From assembly GCA_946414915.1 (NCBI GenBank), contig CAMKQK010000004.1:1-44013 (forward strand): a DNA stretch of 44,013 bases, in the 5' to 3' direction. This DNA comes from an uncultured Bacillales bacterium. Its GTDB lineage: Bacteria; Bacillota_I; Bacilli_A; RFN20; CAG-826. Shown here one piece after another: positions 1-10,310 of the stretch; within the stretch, counting starts at the first letter, position 1; every line of letters begins with the position of its first letter. The notes below the pieces were generated by a model. It was not told the origin of the DNA, did no database searches, and saw only the letters and a list, made by a program, of their open reading frames with translations. The translations under genes were made by a program, and so were the position numbers.

Positions 1-71
1 CAGTATTCACGGATTTGGTTACGGTCAAATTCTAGAATATAGTTTCCGCAATACCTTCTAACTCTTGCCAT
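1..71 (-). CDS. 5' fragment of a hypothetical protein running off the window (MARVRRYCGNYILEFDRNQIREY...)
   Basis: ATG at 71, 2 nt after the stop of the upstream ORF; the frame is open to the window edge. Confidence 0.45.
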   Translation of the reverse strand, partial: MARVRRYCGNYILEFDRNQIREY

Positions 72-73
72 AT

Positions 74-574
74 TTAGTTAGAGGAGGCTTCAGCGGCTCT
101 TTGGTCAGTGATGTTATCGATAGCGATAACGAAAGCGACGAAGAACGCTAAATCTTGATCGTCATCAAGAGTTAAGACGAAGGAATCTCTTAATGAGATT
201 TTTCTTGAAACGTGACCGATTTCTTTACCGTTTAATTTAATTTGATAATTGAAACCTAAGATATTGCCACAGATTTCTAAATCGCCTAATGATGATTCGA
301 CGAAGTAACGATCGTGTAAGGACCAGAATTTTCTTCTAATCTTCGCAATCATATTGCCATCCTTATCATAGACCATGGCTTTATGAACGAAGAATGTCCA
401 GAATTTGTTTCTCACAGTGTATAAGAGTTTGCCTTCCATATCTTGGACAAATTTCTTTCTTGTGAATGTCCAGAATTTGCCTTTGACATAAAGAACGTCT
501 TTTTCGTCCATGTCTTTGACTTTGGAACCACCTCTTAAAGAGATCCATTTGTTTCTAATACTTACTTGTTGCAT
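74..574 (-). CDS. LURP-one-related / Tubby-C-like (scramblase-like) protein
   Basis: 166 aa with repeated K(F/W)xS/T units, C-terminal 'VIAID' helix and 'ISLRDSFVL'; SD GAGGTG. Confidence 0.8.
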   Translation of the reverse strand: MQQVSIRNKWISLRGGSKVKDMDEKDVLYVKGKFWTFTRKKFVQDMEGKLLYTVRNKFWTFFVHKAMVYDKDGNMIAKIRRKFWSLHDRYFVESSLGDLEICGNILGFNYQIKLNGKEIGHVSRKISLRDSFVLTLDDDQDLAFFVAFVIAIDNITDQRAAEASSN

Positions 575-796
575 ATAAACACCTCACTTGTAAGGTCATA
601 GAAAATTGGTTGCTAAAACCAATAGTTATGACATTTCTTAAAATCTTTACCTAGTTATATTTTAATATAAATAAGGATTTATAGAAACTATTATTTTTGC
701 GACTGATTTTGTATTTATCGCAGGGGTTTACTTTAAACTATTATATAGAATAAAACAATAAGAATTTTGCGTATTTAAAAAGGAACTGCTTGTCCC

Positions 797-3046
797 CTAT
801 TTAATTAACTCTTTAGCGAGATTGTATTCCCCGTTTTCAATACGGCCCATTAATTCCTCGTAGGTGAGTGGTTTACCGTATAAATAACCTTGGAGTCTAC
901 CACAGCTAGCTTCTTCTAAGAAGGCAGCTTGTTCAGCGGTTTCAACACCTTCACATAGTGTCTTCATACCAATTTGATCCGCCATCGCGATGACTGATCT
1001 AATTAATGATTTAGCCTTTTCGTTACCGTTAAAGCCCATCAAGAATTTCATGTCGAGTTTTAAGACATCAAATTCATAGTCTTTCAAAACGTTGAAAGAA
1101 GAATAACCACTACCGAAGTCATCGAGCCATGTGGCAAAGCCTTTTTCATGGAGACGATTAATCGTGTTCTTTAAGATATCTTCTTCATCAGTTAAAGCGC
1201 TTTCAGTGATTTCGATATGGAGTAAATCATGAGGGATGTTATATTGTTTGACTGTTTCATCAACGACTTGGACGATATCAATAACACCAAAGTCCGCTCT
1301 AGAGAAGTTGATGGAAACTGGTAAGACTGGTAAGCCTTTATCAAGATTCTTACGAATGTCTTGGCAAACAAGTCTCAAGATTTCTCTATCTAACTTATAA
1401 ATAAGTTGTGAGCTTTCTAAAACAGGAACAAACTTACCTGGAGAAAGGAATCCATATTTAGGATCAATCCATCTCGCTAATGCCTCAACGCCACATAAGG
1501 TTCTACCTTTAGACCAGACTACTGGTTGATAGTAAGCTTTTAAGTAACCATTCTTAATCGCCTCATCAATATGAGTGACGATATATTGGGCCATTAAGTA
1601 GTTATCATGCATTTCATCATCGTAGTAATCAAAGACGTGATTACCAACGAGTTGTTTTAAATTGCCGTAGGCATATCTCGCTCTTTCCACACAAATACGG
1701 ACACGTTCATCAGGATTTGTGGTGATATAGATACCCGCTTTCATGCCAATACGGACATCTGGGTCTCTTGCCTCGAGCATTTCGTTAATTTTATTAATCT
1801 TTTCTTCTAAATTCTCATTTTTGGTGAATACCACAAAGTGGTCGTCAGATTGACGAGTGATCAAGGAATCTGGGAACACTTCAGTAATTATTTGACCTGT
1901 TTCTTTTAAGAAAAGGTTGCCTCTTTCAAAACCTTTTTGGTCGTTGTAAATCTTGAAACCTGTGAGGTTTAAGAAGAGATAAGCACCACCACCTTGACCT
2001 AAGTCACTTTGGTGCATTTTATCTCTGCCTAGAATGCAGAAATATTCAAACGATAATAAGCCAGAAATCTTATCTTTCGTGGCTAACTCTTCGAGTTCTT
2101 CATCTTTTTTAGCTTCACTAATACGTTGGTTAAAGATGGAAATACAGACCATGGTTAAGGAGATGAAGAATGTGATGTAGTTAATCTTGTCACCTTCTGG
2201 CACCACTCTGCCACCGAAACCAGCGACACGGTTAATAGCGAAATAGAAGCCAAGGAACAACGTTCCTAAAATACCAATTGAGATTAATGGATTCCAAATT
2301 AATAAGCAACCGATATAGATGGTAAACATTAAGAAACAAATTATTTGTTTGTTTTTATCATCATTTATCAATACATTGGCGGTTTTACCGTTTAAATCAA
2401 CATCTGTGTAAACTCTAGAACTAATAAAATCTCCATAGGAGACCATCACACCAAACATCAAACAAACAAGCGCAAATAAGGAAATGATTAAAACAGAACC
2501 TAAATTAGCGTTTCTGCCACCTTTATAACGATAGACGTTAGCGATAATAATGCCAACGTCAAACAAGAAAACAGAGACATAGAATAGTAATCTAAATACA
2601 CCGCGGATGACTTTAGCCTTACTAGGGTCCGCAAAGTTGATTGACCCATATTTAAATTCCAACGGTAATAAGCAACACAAAGCAATAGATAATCCCGCAG
2701 CGACGATTGAGACAATCATCTTTCGAAGCGATTTTCTTTGACTCACGTATTGAGCGGAATAAACTAGCATTGCTAGGCCAAAGAACATCATCAAGAAATA
2801 AAGCGATGTGTTAGAGAACACTACTCTAAACCAACTATAGGTATTATTTGGGTCCAAGAGTGTTGGAACGATATATTTATTTGTTTGTCTAATAACAAGC
2901 CAAACTTCAAGAACAAAAATAACGGAGGACATGAAGATCGCGGATCTCATGTTCGCTTCGTTCAAATAATTCTTTACATATTTGGAATTTTTGCGAATAC
3001 CAAAAATATCTAAAAAACCATTCCAAATTTTTGATAACGTTTTCAT
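797..3046 (-). CDS. Membrane-bound GGDEF(degenerate)-EAL c-di-GMP phosphodiesterase
   Basis: Multiple N-terminal TM helices; GGDEF site reads SDDHF; EAL motifs intact (YYQP, EALARW, DDFGSGYSS, KLD, EGVE, QGY). Start is ATG 3046 or GTG 3052. Confidence 0.9.
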   Translation of the reverse strand: MKTLSKIWNGFLDIFGIRKNSKYVKNYLNEANMRSAIFMSSVIFVLEVWLVIRQTNKYIVPTLLDPNNTYSWFRVVFSNTSLYFLMMFFGLAMLVYSAQYVSQRKSLRKMIVSIVAAGLSIALCCLLPLEFKYGSINFADPSKAKVIRGVFRLLFYVSVFLFDVGIIIANVYRYKGGRNANLGSVLIISLFALVCLMFGVMVSYGDFISSRVYTDVDLNGKTANVLINDDKNKQIICFLMFTIYIGCLLIWNPLISIGILGTLFLGFYFAINRVAGFGGRVVPEGDKINYITFFISLTMVCISIFNQRISEAKKDEELEELATKDKISGLLSFEYFCILGRDKMHQSDLGQGGGAYLFLNLTGFKIYNDQKGFERGNLFLKETGQIITEVFPDSLITRQSDDHFVVFTKNENLEEKINKINEMLEARDPDVRIGMKAGIYITTNPDERVRICVERARYAYGNLKQLVGNHVFDYYDDEMHDNYLMAQYIVTHIDEAIKNGYLKAYYQPVVWSKGRTLCGVEALARWIDPKYGFLSPGKFVPVLESSQLIYKLDREILRLVCQDIRKNLDKGLPVLPVSINFSRADFGVIDIVQVVDETVKQYNIPHDLLHIEITESALTDEEDILKNTINRLHEKGFATWLDDFGSGYSSFNVLKDYEFDVLKLDMKFLMGFNGNEKAKSLIRSVIAMADQIGMKTLCEGVETAEQAAFLEEASCGRLQGYLYGKPLTYEELMGRIENGEYNLAKELIK

Positions 3047-3132
3047 CTGCACTTTCAGTATATCGTATTTCGCATGTTACACCTACACATTTTTGTATCG
3101 CAAATGAGCGTTTTTCCATCAGAAATAAAAGA

Positions 3133-3158
3133 AAACCCACATCGCTGCGGGCTTTTTT
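3133..3158. terminator. Intrinsic terminator downstream of the lipoprotein pair
   Basis: AAAGCCCGCAGCGATGTGGGTTTT hairpin on the minus strand, with T-runs on both strands. Confidence 0.65.
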
Positions 3159-3172
3159 GTTTTTGGATTATT

Positions 3173-4540
3173 TTATTGTTGAATGGTTCTAAATCTAACT
3201 ACGAATATTCCGTTTGGGAACATCCCTTGTTCAAATTCACCAAGATATAGCTTCGGATAAAAGTAGAATTGAACAAGATAGTATTTAGAATCAATGGTGA
3301 TTTCATAATACCAGTTCACATAGCCTAACTCTTTTAAGTCGCCTTTCTCATCAGTTAAGTCTGATAAGGCAAAACCATATTGTTCTAAGGATTCGCGATA
3401 AGAAGCAACTTGATCACCGATTAAGTAATCTTTGTAAGTGATATCAACAGGTTCACCTTTTAAAGACATGATTTCTGAATCGTGAGCGTAGCTTGCACCA
3501 CTTGGAGCAGGAACATCATCACCAAACATAATGTGTAAGGCATCTTTTACATCCTTAGGGAAATCATTAGTGCTCACTAATGGAGTGGCTTCCGCTAAGA
3601 ATTGTTCGACAAGTGGATTGGTGGTTGTACCTAAATCCTTAACAAATAAGGTGGAAGTATAAGTGCCGTAACCATCTGTGACTAATACACAAGTAAATGT
3701 CGCACTTTTAGCGTCTGGAGCAACTGTTAAAGTGTTTGTGTATGATTTTGCGACTTCGGTATAAATACCTTGACCCGCTAAAACAGTAATTGTTTCGCCT
3801 AAAGAAGCATTTCTTGAAGTGAAGACAAAATCTTCATTTGTAGCAGACCATTTATCAGCGTCTAAGCATAAATCATAAGCGGTAATGAAAAACTCAGTAA
3901 TCTTTGTGTCTTTATTTAGAGTTTGACAGTTTGTAACCTCAATATTTCCTTCTTTGATTGTGTAGTCATACATACCTTGATCAAGATAGACAAAGTGTCC
4001 TTCATCATCATAGTATTCTGTAAATCTTCCTAAGTAATGTTCACAAAGAATTTCATCACTAATCATTTTTTCTTCAAGATAGTCCTCTACCACGAATGTA
4101 GAGTTCTTAAGGGCCAAATCATTATGGAAAGTATTGAAAGCCTCAAGGGAGGAGAGTTTTCCATCCCCTCCTTGAGAACTACTACTTGATGATGAACTAG
4201 AGGAGCTTGTTGAGCTACTAGTAGATGAGGAAGTACTACTTGAAGTAGATGAGCTAGAACTGCTACTGCTACTAGAAGATGTACTGCTTGGAATAGATGT
4301 ACTTGAAGTAGAAGTTATGCTAGATGAACTAGAGCTTGAGCTACTAGTAGATGATGAGGTTACGCTGGTTGAACTTATCACACTGGTAGATGTTGTGGAT
4401 GAATTATCCGCTATCGAAGTAGTTGATTCTTGGCTTGATGAAATCACTGGTTCAGATGAAACGCTAGAAGTAACGCTAGTAGCAGTACCTGAACAAGCAG
4501 AGATTAATAAAGCAAAGAGAAGTGATAAGTGTTTTTTCAT
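3173..4540 (-). CDS. Ser/Thr-rich lipoprotein of unknown function
   Basis: Lipobox LISAC, ~100-aa Ser/Thr linker, then an acidic globular region. Confidence 0.8.
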   Translation of the reverse strand: MKKHLSLLFALLISACSGTATSVTSSVSSEPVISSSQESTTSIADNSSTTSTSVISSTSVTSSSTSSSSSSSSSITSTSSTSIPSSTSSSSSSSSSSSTSSSTSSSTSSSTSSSSSSSSSSSQGGDGKLSSLEAFNTFHNDLALKNSTFVVEDYLEEKMISDEILCEHYLGRFTEYYDDEGHFVYLDQGMYDYTIKEGNIEVTNCQTLNKDTKITEFFITAYDLCLDADKWSATNEDFVFTSRNASLGETITVLAGQGIYTEVAKSYTNTLTVAPDAKSATFTCVLVTDGYGTYTSTLFVKDLGTTTNPLVEQFLAEATPLVSTNDFPKDVKDALHIMFGDDVPAPSGASYAHDSEIMSLKGEPVDITYKDYLIGDQVASYRESLEQYGFALSDLTDEKGDLKELGYVNWYYEITIDSKYYLVQFYFYPKLYLGEFEQGMFPNGIFVVRFRTIQQ

Positions 4541-4542
4541 AA

Positions 4543-7380
4543 TTAAACATTTGCCTTATACATAACAGAGAATACTGAATCGGTTGTTCCAACTGTTAAT
4601 CTCATATCACCTATATCAATATAGCAACTGTTAACGTTCTTTGGATTTTGCGTGAAACCATTAGCCACACAAGCAGCACTAATAGCGGCGCGATATTCAT
4701 TTGTGAAACTGCCGCTTGCTAATTTTACCGCTTTTGTTGTCGCTGTATTGAAGTGAAGAGTAAACTTGCCACTATAGGCAACATCATAGACGTAAGGAAC
4801 TAACGCAGCATTGTCTTCGCCAACCATAGAAATAATTCTGTTGTAGAATTCTGGCAATTCTTCAGCCCAAGTTGTTGGATGTGGAGCTTCTTTTAATGTT
4901 GGTAAAACTTCTAATAATTTTTTCTCAAAAGAACTATTTAAGGTTGTTGAGCCATACATGAAGTTGCTTGTGTATTCTGTAGCAGTTGGAGCACTGTCAT
5001 ACTTGTATGTAATACCAGTGATATGGCCACCACTAACTTTTAAAGTGATTGTATTATCTTGTGCGTATTTGTTATAAGAGAATTCATTGAATAAACCATA
5101 ACCAGCGTTCATAACGCCTTCTTTGAAGACAATGTTGCCATCGACATCAAATGTCATGGTTTCTGGAGCAACATTGAAGCCTAATAAAGAAGCAAATGTT
5201 TGTCCTTCTTCAAGTTCAACGTCGCCTTCAAATCTAGCATTAACTTCACCGCTTTCATCTTTGGCAGAGAATTTGAAAACGCTGCCATCGCTTAATTTGT
5301 GGTAACCATGATATCCATCGAGTTTACTATCCTTGTATTCTTGGACAAGAATTGTATCAGATGTAACCTTGATGTTTTTCCAGTTCTTTGTATTGGCATA
5401 ATCACCCATGAATAGTGTGAAGTTGGCGTCTTTGCCTTGGATTTCATCTAAGTAAGCACCGATTCTTACTGTATCAGCATCTGCTTCAAATGGTTTTGGA
5501 TCTTCGATTTTTTCATATGGTAAAACTTCGATTTCCATGACGAGTTTTCTATAAACATACTCTGGAGTTTCAGCATCTGGATCAGAAATATCCACTAACA
5601 TATTGGCGGTTTCACATGTGAAAGAAGTAATTTTGCCATCTTTTTCGTGAGCGGTAATATAAGCGATTTGATTATCGCCAACACTCGCCCAGGCTAAATT
5701 ACAAGCTACACTATGTGATTGAAATCCTAAGTAGGAATATGCATGTTCGCCAGTTTGTCTAAATTGGTTGGTATCCAAAGTAGCAAATGGGAAAGTGAAT
5801 GAATCCCATTCTCCATAAGAGGTTGTCACAACTTGGTTATCTGGACCAATACCAATGTATTTGGCATCGCCATTATCGTTTGTGTAGAAGTTATGGATTA
5901 TTTGATTGCTTTTAATAACGTTTTTGTCTTCGATTAAATATTTTTCATCGAAGTTATATTCACTAGTACCTAATAATTCTTCATTTTCACCAGTGATTGT
6001 TTTAATTGTGGCTTTAATGTGACCTTCTCTGAGCATGAATGAAGAAGCGACTTCTTCGCTCATGCCTGTACTTCCAACAGTCACTTTGTTAAAAGCATCG
6101 TCCACTACTGGAGCTTTTGTTTGACCGACATTTGTGTAAACTAAATCGCCAAACATGGAAGTAGAAGTATAGTCAATGTTACCATCTAGACCTGCGTATA
6201 AAAGGTTGGCAACTAATTCGTATTTATCATTAAATGAGTATTGGATTGCACTGGCAAAATAAGCTAAGTCTACACCAATAACGTTGGCCATAAAGCCAAT
6301 CAAATCTTCGTTATCTGTGACGAAGTGGCCGTCATGTTCTTCAAATTCCACCTTGTCAATGTCGATGAAGTATAAGCCATCAACGTCATAAAGGTCAGTA
6401 GCGATTACGAGATCATCATCGATGTTATAGACGACATCGTTACCAATGACCAATTCGTCACCCACTAATTTGATATAGTGCGCAACTTTTTCGTATGGTT
6501 GATTTGGAATGATGTTTGTGAATAAACCCATACCTTCATTGAATAAAGTATGGAATGAGTAATTTGGAGTTCTATAGAAATCCGCTGAAGAAACGTTACT
6601 TCTAATTTGTAATGTGTAGTTTTGGCCTTCTTTTAATGTTTTAAGAGCGGCTTTGACTTTAGCTTCTGTTTGAGCGAAAGCAACACTGATGGTGATTGTA
6701 CCATCATTGTAACGACCTTCTTTTGTACCTGTAACAACATAGGTACCTTCTTTACTAGCGGTGAACACACCGTTTTCAATTGTGGCGCCTTCAGTTGTGG
6801 TTAATGTGACACCTTCAACGTTAGAGTTAATGGTGACTGATTCATTTAAATCAAGATTTGTTTTTTCTGCTGTTAAGACGATGTCTTGTTTAGCTTCTAA
6901 AACAGTAATTTCTAATGTGCCATCGATGAAATCGCCATCTTTATGAGCAGTGATAACATAGTTACCATCTTTTGTGGCTTTGAAAACATTGTTTGTAATT
7001 GTAGCGCCTTCGCCTGTTGTGAATGTGACACCTTCAACATTAGAACTAATTAAAACTTCTTCATTAATTTCTAAAGTTGTTTTTGGAGCAGTTAAAGTAA
7101 TTTGTGTTTTAACCACGATACTAGGAGCACTGCTACTGCTGCTAGAAGATGATGATGGGGTTGTACTAGTTGAAGCACTTGAAGATGTGCTAGTTGAAGT
7201 ACTGGATGTTGTGCTTGTTGTAGCACTGGATGATGATGATGTTGTTTCAGAAGTAGTATTGCTAGAGGAATTACTACCTGAAACTTGGCTATCACTGCTG
7301 GTACTTCCTTCACCGAAGCAGCCTGTTAACATAGCGGCTGTGACAATACCAAGCACGATAGATTTGATGCTTTTTTTCAT
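4543..7380 (-). CDS. Large Ser/Thr-rich lipoprotein with two tandem Ig-like (Big_2-like) repeats
   Basis: SD AGGA before ATG 7380; lipobox MLTGC; Ser linker; two ~72-aa repeats containing SNVEGVT..T.EGATI..VF.A.K.G.YV. Confidence 0.8.
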   Translation of the reverse strand: MKKSIKSIVLGIVTAAMLTGCFGEGSTSSDSQVSGSNSSSNTTSETTSSSSSATTSTTSSTSTSTSSSASTSTTPSSSSSSSSSAPSIVVKTQITLTAPKTTLEINEEVLISSNVEGVTFTTGEGATITNNVFKATKDGNYVITAHKDGDFIDGTLEITVLEAKQDIVLTAEKTNLDLNESVTINSNVEGVTLTTTEGATIENGVFTASKEGTYVVTGTKEGRYNDGTITISVAFAQTEAKVKAALKTLKEGQNYTLQIRSNVSSADFYRTPNYSFHTLFNEGMGLFTNIIPNQPYEKVAHYIKLVGDELVIGNDVVYNIDDDLVIATDLYDVDGLYFIDIDKVEFEEHDGHFVTDNEDLIGFMANVIGVDLAYFASAIQYSFNDKYELVANLLYAGLDGNIDYTSTSMFGDLVYTNVGQTKAPVVDDAFNKVTVGSTGMSEEVASSFMLREGHIKATIKTITGENEELLGTSEYNFDEKYLIEDKNVIKSNQIIHNFYTNDNGDAKYIGIGPDNQVVTTSYGEWDSFTFPFATLDTNQFRQTGEHAYSYLGFQSHSVACNLAWASVGDNQIAYITAHEKDGKITSFTCETANMLVDISDPDAETPEYVYRKLVMEIEVLPYEKIEDPKPFEADADTVRIGAYLDEIQGKDANFTLFMGDYANTKNWKNIKVTSDTILVQEYKDSKLDGYHGYHKLSDGSVFKFSAKDESGEVNARFEGDVELEEGQTFASLLGFNVAPETMTFDVDGNIVFKEGVMNAGYGLFNEFSYNKYAQDNTITLKVSGGHITGITYKYDSAPTATEYTSNFMYGSTTLNSSFEKKLLEVLPTLKEAPHPTTWAEELPEFYNRIISMVGEDNAALVPYVYDVAYSGKFTLHFNTATTKAVKLASGSFTNEYRAAISAACVANGFTQNPKNVNSCYIDIGDMRLTVGTTDSVFSVMYKANV

Positions 7381-7537
7381 AGGATTTTTTCCTTTCTTCA
7401 ACAGTTAAAAACCTACTCATTTATTAAAGGTAAATCAAGCATTATTTATAAAATACTTAAATTTTATAATGAATAACAAAAATAGTTGCTAAAACCTTGG
7501 AATTTAAGGATTTTCATGTTATGATGAAATTTAAAAT

Positions 7538-7564
7538 AAAAACAACCAAATAAGGTTGTTTTTT
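7538..7564. terminator. Terminator of the ABC transporter operon
   Basis: AAAAACAACC-AAATAA-GGTTGTTTTT inverted repeat at the ATPase stop. Confidence 0.7.
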
Positions 7565-8345
7565 AATTTCCGCATTCGATTGAGATCTCGTTAAACGTTT
7601 TAAGGAGGTCTTCAATCTTGGTTTTTTCTTTATCTTCACCACTTTTATCGATGACGATTTTGCCTTGATTGAACATCAATAATCGGTCACCATATTCCAC
7701 TGCGTAACGGAGATTATGTGTCACCATCAATGTGGTGATTTTCTTTTCTTGAACGATGCGGTTAGTTAACTGCATTATTGCTTCACTTGTCTTTGGATCA
7801 AGCGCAGCGGTATGTTCATCAAGAAGTAATAAATCAATTGGTTGTAATGTCGCCATTAAAAGGGCTAAAGCTTGTCTTTGACCACCAGAGAGTTTCTTGA
7901 CTTTGGTGTTCATCTTTTCTTCTAAACCTAAGTTTAAAGACTTCAGCATTTCATGGTATCTTTCCACTTTCTTCTTATTTAAAGCAAAAGATAACCCATA
8001 CCCGTGTCCCTTATTTTCCGCTAAAGCAAGGTTTTCAGCGATGGTTAAATTAGGGGCTGTTCCTAAGGAAGGATCTTGATAGACACGACCAATTTTTCTC
8101 GCTCTACTATGTTCCTTTGCTTTAGTGATATTTTCTTCTTTTAAGTAGATTTCGCCGTTATCCAATGGAGCGGAGCCACTGACTAAATTCAGTAATGTTG
8201 TTTTACCAGAACCATTACTACCAACGATGGAGACAAACTCGCCTTCTTTGATATCTAAATTGAAATCAATGAATAAAGGCATTTCATCAATGGTGCCTGT
8301 GTTGAATGTTTTATAAATGTTTTTAAAGGATAGTAAATTAGGCAT
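7563..8345 (-). CDS. ABC transporter ATP-binding subunit (putative tryptophan/aromatic amino acid uptake)
   Basis: Walker A GSNGSGKT, signature LSGGQ, Walker B LLLDEHTAALD. Confidence 0.93.
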   Translation of the reverse strand: MPNLLSFKNIYKTFNTGTIDEMPLFIDFNLDIKEGEFVSIVGSNGSGKTTLLNLVSGSAPLDNGEIYLKEENITKAKEHSRARKIGRVYQDPSLGTAPNLTIAENLALAENKGHGYGLSFALNKKKVERYHEMLKSLNLGLEEKMNTKVKKLSGGQRQALALLMATLQPIDLLLLDEHTAALDPKTSEAIMQLTNRIVQEKKITTLMVTHNLRYAVEYGDRLLMFNQGKIVIDKSGEDKEKTKIEDLLKTFNEISIECGN

Positions 8346-9255
8346 GATTCACTCCTCCTTTTTTATTCTTCTTCTCTTTAGAGAAGACATAAGTGTTTAA
8401 GATTAAGATAATTAAGAATGCTCCCGCCATCACGAGTTTTAAATATAATGTTGGAGCACCTAAAGCAATAATCGCGTTTAATACTGCGGTATAAATAAGG
8501 GCACCAATAATCGCTGCGGTTGTACCTTTAATAACCTTGAGGTTCTTAAAGATTGCTGTACCGATAATGACACTAGCTAAAGCGATAACCACCATGCCTG
8601 TACCAGAAGTATTGTCATAGTAAGTCATGTATTGGCTATAGATAGCGCCCGCTAAAGCTACTAATCCATTAGCGAGACATAAACCAAGAATCTTATAAAA
8701 ACCACTATTGGAGCCTAAGGCAATGCTCATTTGTTCATTGTCCCCGACCGCTCTTAGCATATAGCCGCTTTTAGTCTTAAAGAATAAATCCATTAAGACC
8801 TTAATTAAGATTACGATTACTAACATTATGATGATGTTAGCGACGGCTAGTAATGTGAGGTCGTCACCAAATAATCTGGTGAAAGAGTTATTGAATAATG
8901 TTGTTTTATCACCATATGGAATAAGAACATTACCTTTAGCAATCGCAAAGTTAATGGATAATAAAGCTGTCATCGTGATAATGCCAGAAAGTAAGCCACT
9001 AATCTTAAATTTGACGTGAATAAAGCCAGTAATAAAGCCTGCTAAAGCACCAGCGGCAAATGCCGCAATAATCGCGATAACATATGGACATCCCACTTGA
9101 ATTAAGCTGAAGCAGACAATTCCACCAAGAGGAAAAGAGCTATCAACTGTTAAATCAGGGAAATTTAAAATCTTATAACTGATATAAACGCCTAATGCCA
9201 CGATGGCGTAGCATAGGCCTTGTTGCATGATGGTAAGTAAAACACTGACGAACAT
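8338..9255 (-). CDS. ABC transporter permease (BPD_transp_2 type)
   Basis: Hydrophobic; FPDLTVDSSF and LRAVGDN motifs typical of TrpXYZ-like permeases. Confidence 0.9.
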   Translation of the reverse strand: MFVSVLLTIMQQGLCYAIVALGVYISYKILNFPDLTVDSSFPLGGIVCFSLIQVGCPYVIAIIAAFAAGALAGFITGFIHVKFKISGLLSGIITMTALLSINFAIAKGNVLIPYGDKTTLFNNSFTRLFGDDLTLLAVANIIIMLVIVILIKVLMDLFFKTKSGYMLRAVGDNEQMSIALGSNSGFYKILGLCLANGLVALAGAIYSQYMTYYDNTSGTGMVVIALASVIIGTAIFKNLKVIKGTTAAIIGALIYTAVLNAIIALGAPTLYLKLVMAGAFLIILILNTYVFSKEKKNKKGGVNHA

Positions 9256-9256
9256 A

Positions 9257-10213
9257 TTAGTCCACGTTCTTCATATCCTTCACTTCTGGTAAAGTGATGC
9301 CTAATTGTGTAGCAACTTTAGCAGAGTAGCAGTTAAAACTATCTTCGATTTTGATAGCGATATCATTACTAGCAGTAGCTTCACCTTTTAAGATTTTAGC
9401 CATGATAGCGCCGGTTCTTTCTCCTAATGTCACATAGTCTAAAGAAGCACTGGCTAAGCAACCATTTTTAACTTGATCAATTTCACTACCAAAGACTGGA
9501 ATCTTTTTAGCGTTGGTTTTCGCTAAGATGATTTCTAAAGCACCCACTACTGTGTTATCAGTGAGGTTGGTTAAACAATCGACATTCTTATTTAAAAGAG
9601 TGTCTGTTGCGGTCGGAATCTCACTAGCATTAGTGATGGCTTGTCTGACGATTTCGATATTTAAAGCTTTAGCCTTTTCATCTAATGTTTCAATTTGGCT
9701 TAAGGAATTGGCTTCGCCAAGAGTGTACATAACACCGATTTTATCAACATCTGGAATAAACGACTTGATCAAGGATAATTGGCTATCAAAATCTAATAAG
9801 TCACTAGAACCAGTCACGTTTTTCATTTCAGTTAGGCCCGCTGATTTCGGATCGCTAACTGCACAGTAGACGACTGGGATAGAACCTTTAGCAGCACTAG
9901 CAGCGGCCATCGCACTTGGTGTAGCGATTGCGCCAATAATGCTTGTTCTCTTGCTCACAAAGCTGCTAGCTTGAGCGGCGCTTACTGCGGGATCAAAGTT
10001 ACTATTTTGACGGTCAATAACATAGTTATTAAATTCTTCTTTGAGTTCGTCTTCTAAACCTTTGATCATACCGTTATAGCAGTCATTTAATGATTCATGA
10101 GTGCCAAATTGAATGATACCAATGGTTTTCTTATTTGAGTTACAAGCGGTAAAAGAGAGTGAGCCCGCTAATAAAGCGGCTGACATAAATAATGTTTTAA
10201 ATAGTTTTTTCAT
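9257..10213 (-). CDS. ABC transporter substrate-binding lipoprotein (TrpX-like)
   Basis: Lipobox FTAC; motifs IIQF..HESL, AIATPSA, AVSDP, GEANS, TDNTV; downstream of a Trp T-box. Confidence 0.88.
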   Translation of the reverse strand: MKKLFKTLFMSAALLAGSLSFTACNSNKKTIGIIQFGTHESLNDCYNGMIKGLEDELKEEFNNYVIDRQNSNFDPAVSAAQASSFVSKRTSIIGAIATPSAMAAASAAKGSIPVVYCAVSDPKSAGLTEMKNVTGSSDLLDFDSQLSLIKSFIPDVDKIGVMYTLGEANSLSQIETLDEKAKALNIEIVRQAITNASEIPTATDTLLNKNVDCLTNLTDNTVVGALEIILAKTNAKKIPVFGSEIDQVKNGCLASASLDYVTLGERTGAIMAKILKGEATASNDIAIKIEDSFNCYSAKVATQLGITLPEVKDMKNVD

Positions 10214-10274
10214 TTTATAAATCCTTCTTTCTTAAAAATTGTTCACGAGTAAATAGACATAAGTCCCTATGTCT

Positions 10275-10310
10275 TCACCATCGTAATGTCATCTTTAAGA
10301 AATAAGTCAT
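10275..10310 (-). CDS. Putative Trp leader peptide MTYFLKMTLRW
   Basis: AGGAG SD 6 nt before ATG; last sense codon is TGG, then TGA; lies between the T-box terminator and the binding-protein gene. Confidence 0.65.
   Translation of the reverse strand: MTYFLKMTLRW

Noticed and set aside
3085-3110. CATTTGCGATACAAAA (minus strand) resembling the cassette motif core
   Set aside because: Short partial match lacking the CCA end and the terminator geometry; probably chance
3053-3160. c-di-GMP riboswitch upstream of the EAL gene
   Set aside because: No GEMM-type motif, and the -10 lies right at the start codon
4317-7408. Plus-strand ORFs 4317-4565 and 6974-7408, and ORF 7092-7313
   Set aside because: Shadow frames of Ser/Thr low-complexity coding sequence
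609-7496. Shared 12-mer GTTGCTAAAACC at 609-620 and 7485-7496
   Set aside because: Two occurrences in different structural contexts; insufficient evidence for an operator
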